Program-made: the position numbers and the translations under genes
The notes under the pieces: model-generated
Databases searched by the model: none
Told to the model about the DNA's origin: nothing
The model's input: only the letters and a program-made list of their open reading frames with translations
Assembly (NCBI GenBank): GCA_046861395.1
Contig: JBHHUC010000019.1
Location: 1-35,941, forward strand
Direction of reading: 5' to 3'
DNA: 35,941 bases
From: Fidelibacterota bacterium
GTDB taxonomy: Bacteria > Fidelibacterota > Marinisomatia > Marinisomatales > JABMOV01
Part shown: one piece after another, positions 9,838-19,566 of the stretch
Numbering within the stretch: the stretch's first letter is position 1
Layout: each line of letters starts with the position of its first letter

Positions 9838-10266
9838 ATGACTAAGAAAACAAGATATACCAAAGCTGAATTAAGAAAATTTAAAACAGCGATTCTGAAG
9901 AAGATGGACCAGGTAGCTTCCGAAATGGAGGAAATAAAGGATGGTATTACTGATACAGGTCCTTCCGGTAGCCGGATGTCACCGGATTCTATTTACAGTC
10001 TCCACATGGCTGATGCCGGAACCGATTCCCATGAAAGAGAAAAGAATTACCTTCTTATGACGCGGGAGAATAATCATTACCGGAATCTGAGCAATGCACT
10101 GGAGCGGATCGAGGATGGAACTTTCGGAATTTGTGTGGAATGTGCCAATGAACCCAAAAACCTTTGTCCCACGTGTCCCTTGATTCCGGAAGAACGTTTA
10201 CTGGAAGTCCCCAATGCATCGAAATGTGTCGCAGTCAAGGAGCGTGATAAGCTTAACTTATTATGA
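9838..10266 (+). CDS. dksA: TraR/DksA family transcription factor
   Basis: Coiled coil with HMADAGTD tip, ALERIEDGTFGIC..C, IPEERLLEVP; conserved ileS-dksA-lspA order. Confidence 0.88.
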   Translation: MTKKTRYTKAELRKFKTAILKKMDQVASEMEEIKDGITDTGPSGSRMSPDSIYSLHMADAGTDSHEREKNYLLMTRENNHYRNLSNALERIEDGTFGICVECANEPKNLCPTCPLIPEERLLEVPNASKCVAVKERDKLNLL

Positions 10267-10736
10267 TAGTTCTCCTGGTAACCGTCTTTCTGGTAGTGCT
10301 GGACCAGGGGACAAAATACCTGATCCGGAATAATCTTGACTTATTTGAATCGGTTCCGGTAATAGACGGCTTTTTTCACCTGACCTACGTCACCAATGAT
10401 GGTATGGCCTTTGGAATTAATTTCCCCGGTGGATTTTACCTGTTTACCGTAGCATCCATAATTATGTCCATTGTCCTGATTATTTATTTATGGACCGAAC
10501 GGCGTAGTCACATCATGTTACGACTATCTCTGGCGCTAATTCTTAGCGGTGCTCTTGGAAATCTCATAGACCGGTTGTGGTTCCGGTCGGTGGTAGACTT
10601 CCTGGACTTTATTTTTGCCGGTTGGCACTTTTATATCTTTAATATTGCCGATTCCGGTGTTACGGTCGGAATGATTTTGTTTCTTTTTTATTCCTTTATT
10701 ATTGAACCACGTCTCAAACGTTCAGCGTCTCATTGA
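10263..10736 (+). CDS. lspA: Lipoprotein signal peptidase II
   Basis: DQGTK, NDGMAFG, GALGNLIDR, VVDF, FNIAD motifs; four hydrophobic segments. Confidence 0.96.
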   Translation: MIVLLVTVFLVVLDQGTKYLIRNNLDLFESVPVIDGFFHLTYVTNDGMAFGINFPGGFYLFTVASIIMSIVLIIYLWTERRSHIMLRLSLALILSGALGNLIDRLWFRSVVDFLDFIFAGWHFYIFNIADSGVTVGMILFLFYSFIIEPRLKRSASH

Positions 10737-11701
10737 AACGATTGCAATTCCATGATGCGCCGGACGGCGTACGTTTAGATAAATTTCTGGCCGATAGCAT
10801 TTCCGAATTGTCACGGACAAAACTGAATCAACTCATTCGATCGGGGACGGTGCGGGTTAACGGTGCCGTTGAAAAACCAAGCTATCAATTGACTCCGGAT
10901 GATAAAATCACCATCATCTATGACAAGGATGAAGACCATAGCACCCAACCGGAACCACAGGACATTCCACTGGATATTCTGTATGAAGATGATGCGATTA
11001 TTGTTGTGAACAAACCACCGGGACTGGTAGTCCATCCCGGAGCCGGGCAACGTGATAAAACATTGGTGAACGGTCTGCTGTTTCATTTTAAGACTCTGTC
11101 GAACTTGAATGGTGAAAACCGTCCTGGTATTATCCATCGCCTGGATAAGGATACTTCCGGCGTTATACTGGTAGCCAAGACCAACCTGGCCCATCGCAGG
11201 ATTGCCGAACAATTTGAACAGCGGATGGTTGAAAAAGTTTATACAGGAATCACCTGGGGTGAATGGCAGGAAGGGGAAGGGACAATATGTGAACCGATTG
11301 GGAGAAACCGGTCCGACCCCACGACTTTTTCCGTGCAGGAAACAGGACGCAGTGCCATTACGGCCTATAAAGTGGATTTCCAAAGTCGCTATTTGAGTAA
11401 AGTGTTGTTTTATCCCAAGACGGGGAGGACGCATCAGATTCGTGTTCACGCGAATTGGATGCATCACCCCATATTTGGTGATGAAAAATATGGCGGCGGC
11501 CTGAACCGGATAAAAGGATTTATGACTGAAACTGGAAATATTCTAAAAAAGTTAATAAATTATGGTAGAAGACATGCGCTTCATGCGACCACCATATCCT
11601 TTATGCATCCCGACACTGGTGAAAAACTATCTTTTTCAGCTCCGATTCCGAATGACATGAAAATGATCCTAGATACGATGGAGCATGATGGGAAAATCTG
11701 A
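10733..11701 (+). CDS. rluD: RluA-family pseudouridine synthase (RluD-like)
   Basis: N-terminal S4 domain (RLDKFL), NKPPGLVVHP, HRLDKDTSG catalytic Asp, TGRTHQIRVH, ALHA; TTG start overlaps the lspA stop. Confidence 0.92.
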   Translation: MKRLQFHDAPDGVRLDKFLADSISELSRTKLNQLIRSGTVRVNGAVEKPSYQLTPDDKITIIYDKDEDHSTQPEPQDIPLDILYEDDAIIVVNKPPGLVVHPGAGQRDKTLVNGLLFHFKTLSNLNGENRPGIIHRLDKDTSGVILVAKTNLAHRRIAEQFEQRMVEKVYTGITWGEWQEGEGTICEPIGRNRSDPTTFSVQETGRSAITAYKVDFQSRYLSKVLFYPKTGRTHQIRVHANWMHHPIFGDEKYGGGLNRIKGFMTETGNILKKLINYGRRHALHATTISFMHPDTGEKLSFSAPIPNDMKMILDTMEHDGKI

Positions 11702-12599
11702 TAAAGCGATCCTGACGGATTATCTGGGATATTTGGCACAGGAACGAAAATATTCGAACTTTACGATTACCGCCTATCGTAGGGATATTGAACGGTTCAT
11801 TTGTTTTTATGAATCGTATCGCAGTCGGAGCATTGATGATTTTTCGGCGGTTGATAAGACGACCATTCGACATTTTATGGGACATGAATTCGAAGCGGGC
11901 TACAAACCACGTACTGTCGCTCGCCGGCTGGCCTCATTAAAATCATTCTTTAAGTATTTAGTGACCAGCGAGCAATTAAAAACCAACCCGGCGGCAGGTA
12001 TCCGATCGCCCAAGATTGGGCGCACATTACCGTCTTACCACAATGAAACAGTCATCCAACGTTTGATGGAAAGACCGGATCGGGATACGCTTACCGGTAT
12101 CAGAGATCGGGCCATTCTGGAATTGTTTTACAGTACCGGCATGCGTCTGGGAGAACTGGTCTCCCTGACTTTGGGAGATCTTGATATGCAGCGTAAACTA
12201 GTCAAAGTCCGGGGCAAGGGGAATAAGGAACGGTTGATCCCCTTCGGTCAATCGGCCGGGCAGGCCTTGCGGGTGTATTTTTCCAAACGTGGATTGAATG
12301 AAAAGTCGGCCGGTTCATTGCCCGTATTTACTGGACATCATTCCCGACCACTGGCTGCCGTAACGGTGCAACAGCGGGTGCGTCAATATTTAAAGCAGGT
12401 TGCCAGTACCCAACGTTTAGGGCCTCACTCCTTGCGGCACACATTTGCCACTCACCTTCTTGACCACGGGGCGGATATCCGGGCGGTGAAAGAATTATTG
12501 GGGCATAGCAGTTTATCTTCCACACAGGTGTATACCCATATCCAGCCTGAAAAAATGAAAAAAATCTACCAACAAGCTCATCCGCATGGATCAAAATAG
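11688..12599 (+). CDS. xerC: Tyrosine recombinase XerC
   Basis: RDRAILELFYSTGMR, GKGNKER, HSLRHTFATHLL, LLGH...TQVY: complete R-K-H-R-H-Y set, about 303 aa, embedded in a housekeeping operon. Confidence 0.88.
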   Translation: MGKSDKAILTDYLGYLAQERKYSNFTITAYRRDIERFICFYESYRSRSIDDFSAVDKTTIRHFMGHEFEAGYKPRTVARRLASLKSFFKYLVTSEQLKTNPAAGIRSPKIGRTLPSYHNETVIQRLMERPDRDTLTGIRDRAILELFYSTGMRLGELVSLTLGDLDMQRKLVKVRGKGNKERLIPFGQSAGQALRVYFSKRGLNEKSAGSLPVFTGHHSRPLAAVTVQQRVRQYLKQVASTQRLGPHSLRHTFATHLLDHGADIRAVKELLGHSSLSSTQVYTHIQPEKMKKIYQQAHPHGSK

Positions 12600-12607
12600 G
12601 AGATAAT

Positions 12608-14206
12608 ATGGATTTATCGTATGTTGGCATCACCTCAGGGGGTGATATAGAACGGAATATCGCAGTTGAAGCACTCATTGAACAGGCCATCCTGCATGGT
12701 GAAGGATCACTGGGAATGAAGGGAACCCTCCTTGTGGATACTGGGAAATATACCGGTCGTTCGCCCAATGATAAATTTTTTGTCGAAGAGGATTTTTCCA
12801 AAGATAACCTGTGGTGGGGACCGGTAAACCGGCCCGTATCTACGGACGTTTTTGAATTGCTTTCCGCTAAAGTACAGGACTATTACAACCAAAATGCCGA
12901 TGGCCGCGGCCTATTCGTGTTTGACGGTTATTCGGGGGCGGATCCTGAAAACCGATTGAATGTACGCATCATTGCCAAAAAGGCCTGGCAGGCTATTTTT
13001 GCCAACAACATGTTTATCCGACCGGAACGGCAGGAACTCAAGGATTTCAAACCGGAGTTTACGATTATCAATGCGTCCGAAGTCTTTGATGATGACTGGC
13101 AGGAACATGGATTGAATTCACCGACCTTTATCTTCTTTAACCTGGAAAAACGACTGGCCATCATTGGTGGCTCCGAATATGGTGGTGAAATGAAGAAGGG
13201 TATTTTCTCCATCATGCATTACTATTTACCCCTGAAGGGTGTTTTGACGATGCATTGCTCTGCCAACGTGGACAGTGATGGGGAAAACCCGGCTATTTTC
13301 TTCGGTCTGTCCGGTACGGGGAAAACCACCCTCAGTACGGACCCGAAACGTCCGCTGATCGGCGATGATGAGCACGGCTGGTCGGATAATGGGATCTTTA
13401 ATCTGGAAGGCGGCTGTTATGCCAAGGCCATCCATTTGAATCCAGAGTTTGAACCGGAAATCTATGGTGCCATCCGCCATGGCTCTCTCACCGAAAATGT
13501 CGTGTTTGATCCGCAAACACGGGAAATCGATTTTGATGACAATTCCAAAACGGAAAACACACGTGTCTGCTACCCTCTGGAGTTCATTGGGAATTCAGTC
13601 GCTGCCAAAGGAAAACCCAGTATCGCTGGTCATCCCAAAACTATAATTCTCTTGGCCTGCGATGCCTATGGCATTTTGCCACCTGTAGCACGATTAACTC
13701 CGGAACAAACTATGTATCATTTCATCAATGGATATACAGCCCGGGTAGCGGGAACGGAAAGAGGTGTAACCGAGCCGACCGCTGTATTTTCACCCTGCTA
13801 CGGCGGACCTTTTCTGACCCTGCATCCTTTGAAATATGCTGAATTATTACGCGAGAAAATGAAAAAATACAACGTGGCGGCTTATCTGGTCAATACCGGC
13901 TGGGTAGGCGGTGATGCTTCATCCGGGATTAAACGGATCAGTTTGCCCATTACGCGCAGCATTATTGATACCATACTGGACCAGTCAATTCTGAAAGCGG
14001 ATTTTGTAAAGGATCCGGTGTTCGGTTTCGAAACGCCTGTGCGCTTGGGACATTTAACCGATGATGTCCTGCTCCCGGCCAAGGCCTGGAAGAACCAGGC
14101 GGCCTATAAGCGCTCCGCCCGGATACTGGCAGAAAAATTCCGTGAGAATTATGCCATGTACGATATGGGCGACCCTGCCATCAGGGATGCAGGACCCAAA
14201 TTGTAA
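12608..14206 (+). CDS. pckA: Phosphoenolpyruvate carboxykinase (ATP)
   Basis: TGRSPNDK, YGGEMKKG, MHCSAN, FGLSGTGKTTLS (P-loop), LIGDDEHGW, EGGCYAK, TENTR. Confidence 0.97.
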   Translation: MDLSYVGITSGGDIERNIAVEALIEQAILHGEGSLGMKGTLLVDTGKYTGRSPNDKFFVEEDFSKDNLWWGPVNRPVSTDVFELLSAKVQDYYNQNADGRGLFVFDGYSGADPENRLNVRIIAKKAWQAIFANNMFIRPERQELKDFKPEFTIINASEVFDDDWQEHGLNSPTFIFFNLEKRLAIIGGSEYGGEMKKGIFSIMHYYLPLKGVLTMHCSANVDSDGENPAIFFGLSGTGKTTLSTDPKRPLIGDDEHGWSDNGIFNLEGGCYAKAIHLNPEFEPEIYGAIRHGSLTENVVFDPQTREIDFDDNSKTENTRVCYPLEFIGNSVAAKGKPSIAGHPKTIILLACDAYGILPPVARLTPEQTMYHFINGYTARVAGTERGVTEPTAVFSPCYGGPFLTLHPLKYAELLREKMKKYNVAAYLVNTGWVGGDASSGIKRISLPITRSIIDTILDQSILKADFVKDPVFGFETPVRLGHLTDDVLLPAKAWKNQAAYKRSARILAEKFRENYAMYDMGDPAIRDAGPKL

Positions 14207-14231
14207 TTAAAACCATCATAAGGAGGATATC

Positions 14232-14515
14232 TTGAATATCGAATTCACGGCCCGACATTTCCGTGCTCCGAATAACCTGAGACAGTACGCGGAAAATGAA
14301 GTACAACGAAGAAATTTTATGACCGTCCCATTCAATGTCAGGTGATCCTGTATCACGAAAAGGAAGAATTCACGGCTGAGCTGAATCTATCGGTACCGCA
14401 GCGGAAGTTTAATGTAAAGGAAACAACGGATAATATCACCAAGTCCATTGATAAAGCCGTGTCCACCATGATAAGCAGGGTATCAAAATTCAAAGACAAA
14501 CAGCATAATTTCTAG
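14232..14515 (+). pseudogene. hpf: Ribosome hibernation promoting factor (HPF/RaiA) split by a -1 frameshift; not in the ORF track
   Basis: AGGAGG SD then TTG 14232: MNIEFTARHFRAPNNLRQYAENEVQR, stop at 14343-14345. The -1 frame from 14312 reads KFYDRPIQCQVILYHEKEEFTAELNLSVPQRKFNVKETTDNITKSIDKAVSTMISRVSKFKDK to TAG 14513-14515, matching the HPF pattern. Confidence 0.85.
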
Positions 14516-14528
14516 ATCAGGCTTCGCC

Positions 14529-15443
14529 ATGAAAGCTGTCATACCGGTCGCCGGGTATGGAACCCGGCTATTACCCCATACTCGTATCTACAATAAAGCC
14601 TTGTTGCCCGTGGCCGGTAAAGCGGCATTGGACTTCATCCTGGAACCGATGCTGAACAGCGGATTTGCGGACATTACCTTTATTGTGGGACATCTGGGGG
14701 ACCAGATCAGGGAACACATGAAGACCCATTCCGGTTCATTCCGTTTTATTGAACAGAAAGAGCGCCTGGGGTTGGGGCATGCCGTCCTTCAGGGACTGGG
14801 TGACAGCCATGAGCCCGTGCTGGTGCAGTTAGGCGATACCATTTTTCCCCTGGACTATCAGCAGTTCACCGATCGTGATACCAATTGCATTGTCGTCGGG
14901 GAAGTAGATGACCCAAGACGATTCGGGACTATTAATACGGATGGAAAAACAATCAGCGGATTTTACGAAAAAGATCCGCACCCTCCGACCAATCTGGCCA
15001 TTGCCGGTCTGTACTATTTTGCTGATGAATCCCTCTTGAAACACGGGCTTGAAACTTTAATTGCCAGAGAGATAAAAACCGGAGGCGAATATCAATTGAC
15101 TGACGCCATGGCATTAATGCTGGGCGCAGGGCAGCACTTTGAATATCGTAAGGTGGATAGGTGGTACGATGTGGGCGTTCCGGATTCTTACATCCGGGTA
15201 AACCGGGCGCTCTTAACGTCAAACCATGGTGAATATCCTGGTACCACAATTCGAGAACCTGTTCACGTGGGAAACAATTGTCGCATAGAAGATTCCACCA
15301 TTGGACCCTATGTCACAATTATGGATAATTGTACGATAAACAATTGTAAATTGATCGACTGTATTGTGCTGACTGACAGTCAATTGACCAACAAAGAATA
15401 TCAAGAAAAAATCATTGGAAAGGATGGCAGTGATATCTGCTGA
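14529..15443 (+). CDS. Sugar-phosphate nucleotidyltransferase (RmlA/GlmU-like, short left-handed beta-helix tail)
   Basis: MKAVIPVAGYGTRLLPHT, LGLGHAV, GEYQLTDA, WYDVG; hexapeptide-like C-terminal repeats. Confidence 0.9.
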   Translation: MKAVIPVAGYGTRLLPHTRIYNKALLPVAGKAALDFILEPMLNSGFADITFIVGHLGDQIREHMKTHSGSFRFIEQKERLGLGHAVLQGLGDSHEPVLVQLGDTIFPLDYQQFTDRDTNCIVVGEVDDPRRFGTINTDGKTISGFYEKDPHPPTNLAIAGLYYFADESLLKHGLETLIAREIKTGGEYQLTDAMALMLGAGQHFEYRKVDRWYDVGVPDSYIRVNRALLTSNHGEYPGTTIREPVHVGNNCRIEDSTIGPYVTIMDNCTINNCKLIDCIVLTDSQLTNKEYQEKIIGKDGSDIC

Positions 15444-15455
15444 TAGACGTCATAC

Positions 15456-16631
15456 ATGAATATATTTCATTTCACAAGTGAATCGGTCACGGAAGGACAC
15501 CCGGATAAGGTATGTGATGCGATTTCAGATGCAATCTTAGACGATTTATTAACACAGGATCCGGAATCACGGGTGGCCTGTGAAAGTTTGGCGACCAAAG
15601 GCTTGGTTGTGGTGAGCGGCGAAGTAAATACCCGGGGATTTTCCGAAGTGGAACGGATTGTGAAGGAAACGCTGCGGACTATCGGATATACTGATACGGC
15701 CTACGGAATGGACGATGAAACCGTCCGTGTGATTTCTTCTCTCCATCAGCAAAGCAGGGAAATCGCACAGGGCGTGATCGAATCGGAAGATCGTGAACAG
15801 GGAGCTGGAGATCAAGGTCTCATGTTTGGTTTCGCCTGTGATGAAACGCCGCAACTCATGCCGTTACCCATTTTCCTGGCCCACAGGCTGACCGAAAAAC
15901 TGGCGCTAATGCGTAAGAGCAAGGAATTGCCCTGGCTGCGTCCAGATGGCAAATCGCAGGTCTCCGTCGAATATCAGAATGGGCGGCCGGTGAATGTATC
16001 CAAGACCGTAATTGCCACACAGCATGATGACATGCTGGACCGGTTTGGCACGGAAGAAAAGGAACATACGTTCGTGGAAGAGGAAGTGATTCGGCAGATT
16101 ATTACTCCCGTCTTTGAAGAACATAATATTCAGTTCGAGCACAACTTTATTGTCAATGGAACGGGTCGCTTTGTCCATGGTGGACCGGATGCCGATACCG
16201 GCCTGACCGGTCGGAAAATTATTGTGGATACCTACGGAGGATATGCTCCCCACGGTGGGGGTGCTTTCAGTGGCAAAGACCCGTCCAAAGTGGATCGATC
16301 AGCGACCTACATGGCGCGCTATATCGCCAAGAATATTGTGGCGGCTGAATTGGCAACCAAATGCGAAGTTCAGTTATCGTACAGCATCGGTATTGCCGAA
16401 CCCACATCGCTCTATGTCCGCTCCTTTGGTACGGGAAAGGTCTCCGATGAGCAATTGACCACTCTGGTTCGGAAAGTCTTTCCTGTCAAACCGGCTGAAA
16501 TAATCTCCCATCTGAAATTGAAGCATCCCCGGTATTATGAAACATCGGCCTATGGCCACTTTGGTCGGGAAAAGGATTTGTTTACGTGGGAAGCCACCGA
16601 TATGATTGACGAAATTCATAACAATTTATAA
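15456..16631 (+). CDS. metK: S-adenosylmethionine synthetase
   Basis: FTSESVTEGHPDK, GAGDQG, RPDGKSQV, GGGAFSGKDPSKVDRS, YGHFGR. Confidence 0.98.
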   Translation: MNIFHFTSESVTEGHPDKVCDAISDAILDDLLTQDPESRVACESLATKGLVVVSGEVNTRGFSEVERIVKETLRTIGYTDTAYGMDDETVRVISSLHQQSREIAQGVIESEDREQGAGDQGLMFGFACDETPQLMPLPIFLAHRLTEKLALMRKSKELPWLRPDGKSQVSVEYQNGRPVNVSKTVIATQHDDMLDRFGTEEKEHTFVEEEVIRQIITPVFEEHNIQFEHNFIVNGTGRFVHGGPDADTGLTGRKIIVDTYGGYAPHGGGAFSGKDPSKVDRSATYMARYIAKNIVAAELATKCEVQLSYSIGIAEPTSLYVRSFGTGKVSDEQLTTLVRKVFPVKPAEIISHLKLKHPRYYETSAYGHFGREKDLFTWEATDMIDEIHNNL

Positions 16632-16643
16632 GAGAACAACATT

Positions 16644-18089
16644 ATGGAAACCATAAAAACAACAACTCCCATCACAGACGATATTGCCTACAAAATACGG
16701 GATATCGGTCTGGCGGAATCAGGCCGGAAGGCCATCAACATTGCCGAGAAGGAAATGCCCGGTCTAATGTCCGTGCGGAAGAAATACGGTCCCGAAAAAC
16801 CATTGTCAGGGTACCGGATTACCGGATCACTCCACATGACAGTGGAAACGGCCGTACTCATCGAATCGCTCAAGGACCTGGGTGCTGATGTTCGCTGGGC
16901 CAGCTGCAATATTTTTTCCACCCAGGATCATGCCGCAGCCGCCATTGCTGCCACGGGAACCCCCGTGTTTGCCTGGAAAGGCGAATCCCTGGAAGAATAC
17001 TGGTGGTGCACACTGCAGGCCCTGACCTTTCACGGATCTGACGGACCTCAATTAATCGTTGATGACGGTGGAGATGCGACTTTATTGATTCATGAAGGAT
17101 ATACGTTAGAAGAGTACTATGCCAAACATGGTACGGTGCCTGATATCACCACAACGGTGGAAGAGGAAATCATCATTGCCAAAATTCTGCGGGAGGTACT
17201 GGCCAAGAATCCTCTGCACTGGCATCATGTGGTGGAAAATATGATTGGTGCATCGGAAGAAACCACAACCGGGGTAAACCGTCTTCTGCGGATGGAAAAG
17301 AACAATACATTGCTTTTTCCCGTGTATAATGTGAATGACTCGGTGACCAAATCCAAGTTTGATAATGTCTATGGTTGTCGCGAATCACTGGCCGATGGAA
17401 TTAAACGTGCCACGGATGTCATGATTGCCGGCAAGACCGTCCTGGTCTGTGGCTATGGTGACGTGGGCCGCGGTTGTGCCCAGTCCATGCGCGGCTATGG
17501 CGCCCGGGTGCTGGTGACCGAAATCGACCCGATCTGTGCTTTGCAGGCGGCCATGGAAGGATTTGAGGTTGTGACGGTAGAACAAGCCCTGGTTGAGGCT
17601 AATATTTATGTGACGGCCACAGGAAACCGGGATGTCATTACGTTGCAACACATGAAGCAAATGAAAGATCAGACCATTGTGTGTAATATTGGTCATTTTG
17701 ACAATGAAATTCAGGTCAATGAACTGAACACCGATCCTGAGGTCACCAAGGAAACCATAAAACCGCAAGTGGACCGCTACTCCTTTGCCGACGGTCATGC
17801 CATTTATTTGCTGGCGGAAGGCCGGCTGGTAAACCTGGGCTGTGCTACTGGACATCCTAGTTTCGTTATGTCAAATTCGTTTTCCAATCAGGTTTTGGCG
17901 CAGATCGCGCTGGTTCGCGATACACCGCCGGTCGGCGTCTATCGTCTGCCGAAAAAGCTGGATGAAGAAGTGGCCCGGTTGCATTTGGAGCAGTTGGGTG
18001 TCACCCTGACCGAGCTTACGGATGAGCAGGCGGACTACATTGGTGTTGCCAAAGACGGTCCCTATAAACCGGATCATTACCGCTATTAG
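16644..18089 (+). CDS. ahcY: Adenosylhomocysteinase
   Basis: [61 protein letters not shown]-terminus. Confidence 0.98.
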   Translation: METIKTTTPITDDIAYKIRDIGLAESGRKAINIAEKEMPGLMSVRKKYGPEKPLSGYRITGSLHMTVETAVLIESLKDLGADVRWASCNIFSTQDHAAAAIAATGTPVFAWKGESLEEYWWCTLQALTFHGSDGPQLIVDDGGDATLLIHEGYTLEEYYAKHGTVPDITTTVEEEIIIAKILREVLAKNPLHWHHVVENMIGASEETTTGVNRLLRMEKNNTLLFPVYNVNDSVTKSKFDNVYGCRESLADGIKRATDVMIAGKTVLVCGYGDVGRGCAQSMRGYGARVLVTEIDPICALQAAMEGFEVVTVEQALVEANIYVTATGNRDVITLQHMKQMKDQTIVCNIGHFDNEIQVNELNTDPEVTKETIKPQVDRYSFADGHAIYLLAEGRLVNLGCATGHPSFVMSNSFSNQVLAQIALVRDTPPVGVYRLPKKLDEEVARLHLEQLGVTLTELTDEQADYIGVAKDGPYKPDHYRY

Positions 18090-18199
18090 GTTATGCCTTT
18101 AATTTTTATCTTTTCCAAATCTATTAATATATTAGGACTTGCTGATCCTGAAATCGTTGCATAAACTCCGAAGTATTTATTGAGGGAAAGGAGACAAAT

Positions 18200-18787
18200 T
18201 TGCCAAAATGCACCTGTGGAACTTTACCATTTACGGTCAATACGGAAAATCCTGATTTTTATTATTCCCTGCCTGATGGTCATGTGCTGCAAGTATTGAT
18301 GCAGGAGCATTTCAATATTCTTCGCTACACTCTGGATCTGGAAATGGCCTTGGACGAATTAAAGGGAATAGATACGATCCCGGATGATAATACACTGATT
18401 CGTGATCTACACAGCCAGGCCGATCATTTATTGTCCACGGAGCGGCATCATATCCGGGAAGAAGTTGCAATCCTGCTATCTCTTGATGAGATCGAAGGGG
18501 CCTCCAACCATTGGAATATCCGGACCGATCATGATGAAATCCGTTTAATTAAACGTCACTTTGCCAAATTGGTACGTAGCCTGTATACTACACCTTTGCC
18601 ATCCATAAAGGATGAAATTAATTCCACCGGCCGGACCATTATTACACGGTTAAAAACCCATATCAAAAATGAAGACAATGAATTGTATCCTTTGGCCTAT
18701 GCACGCATTCCTGCTGAAAACTGGCCGGAACTCAAGGCGAAATGTGATAAAGTAGGCTATTGCTGTTTTACGCCCCCGCCGAATTAA
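18200..18787 (+). CDS. Hemerythrin-like (HHE / DUF438-like) protein
   Basis: H...EH, HHIREE, DHDEI and HIKNEDNELYP metal-ligand pattern; Cys-rich ends (CTC; CDKVGYCCF); AAGGAG SD before TTG. Confidence 0.75.
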   Translation: MPKCTCGTLPFTVNTENPDFYYSLPDGHVLQVLMQEHFNILRYTLDLEMALDELKGIDTIPDDNTLIRDLHSQADHLLSTERHHIREEVAILLSLDEIEGASNHWNIRTDHDEIRLIKRHFAKLVRSLYTTPLPSIKDEINSTGRTIITRLKTHIKNEDNELYPLAYARIPAENWPELKAKCDKVGYCCFTPPPN

Positions 18788-18837
18788 TCGTCGGGTTTTC
18801 TACTCTTTCGCTTTAATTTTCCCTCCAATTTTTCCCT

Positions 18838-19566
18838 ATGGATACCATCGATCTATCGGCCATTTTCCTAATTGGATTCCTGAGCAGTTTCAGTCATTGT
18901 CTGGGCATGTGCGGCGGTTTCGTCATGGCTTACGCAGTAAAGGACACGAGCCGAAAACGGCTGGCATTCCTATGGCCCCATGTGCTGTATAATACCGGCC
19001 GGGTAATCACGTATAGTATGATTGGTGCGGTCCTGGGATGGATCGGTGAAGAATTGAGCGACCGTGTTTCCATGGCCCAGGCCTTATTATTTATACTGGC
19101 CGGTGCTATTATGGTACTGTTGGCAGTGGACATGCTGGGATGGATGAAACGATTCACGTTTGGTAATAATCTGTTTTCTACCGGTTTCAAACGAATACTG
19201 GGAAAATTATTAGGACAAATTTCCGGCCCCAATATGTTTTTCTATGGTCTGATTCTGGGTTTCATTCCCTGCGGACTGGTGGCCGTGGCGGGTGCCAAAG
19301 CCATTGCCACGGGAAGTGTCCCGGGCGGGATGCTGACCATGTTTGTATTTGGACTGGGAACCATTCCGGCTTTGTTTCTGCTGGGATTAGGAACCCGGCT
19401 GTTTACTGTCCGGTTTCGCAATCGGGTTTTCAGGTTGGCGGCCATTTTCATCCTTCTGTTCGGCCTACTGACTGTCATAAAGGGAACCTATAAATTGACG
19501 GGAACACCCATACCGGGAGGACATCATTCCATGCCGCACATTTCACCAATGACTATGCCTGAATGA
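18838..19566 (+). CDS. DsbD_2 / TauE-SafE-like membrane protein (cbb3 maturation-associated)
   Basis: HCLGMCGG, YNTGRVITY, GFIPCGLV, FGLGTIP motifs; His/Met-rich tail; directly upstream of ccoI. Confidence 0.85.
   Translation: MDTIDLSAIFLIGFLSSFSHCLGMCGGFVMAYAVKDTSRKRLAFLWPHVLYNTGRVITYSMIGAVLGWIGEELSDRVSMAQALLFILAGAIMVLLAVDMLGWMKRFTFGNNLFSTGFKRILGKLLGQISGPNMFFYGLILGFIPCGLVAVAGAKAIATGSVPGGMLTMFVFGLGTIPALFLLGLGTRLFTVRFRNRVFRLAAIFILLFGLLTVIKGTYKLTGTPIPGGHHSMPHISPMTMPE

Noticed and set aside
11688..12599. Tyrosine recombinase as a prophage or island integrase
   Set aside because: XerC-like size and motifs, coupled within housekeeping genes, no att site, tRNA or cargo nearby.
14173..14195. CCTGC...GCAGG hairpin near the pckA 3' end as another micro-insert
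   Set aside because: Encodes DPAIRDAGP, which fits the normal PEPCK C-terminus with no apparent length gain; probably chance.
15444..16643. SAM/SAH riboswitch ahead of metK or ahcY
   Set aside because: The intergenic gaps are only 12 nt each, leaving no room for an aptamer.
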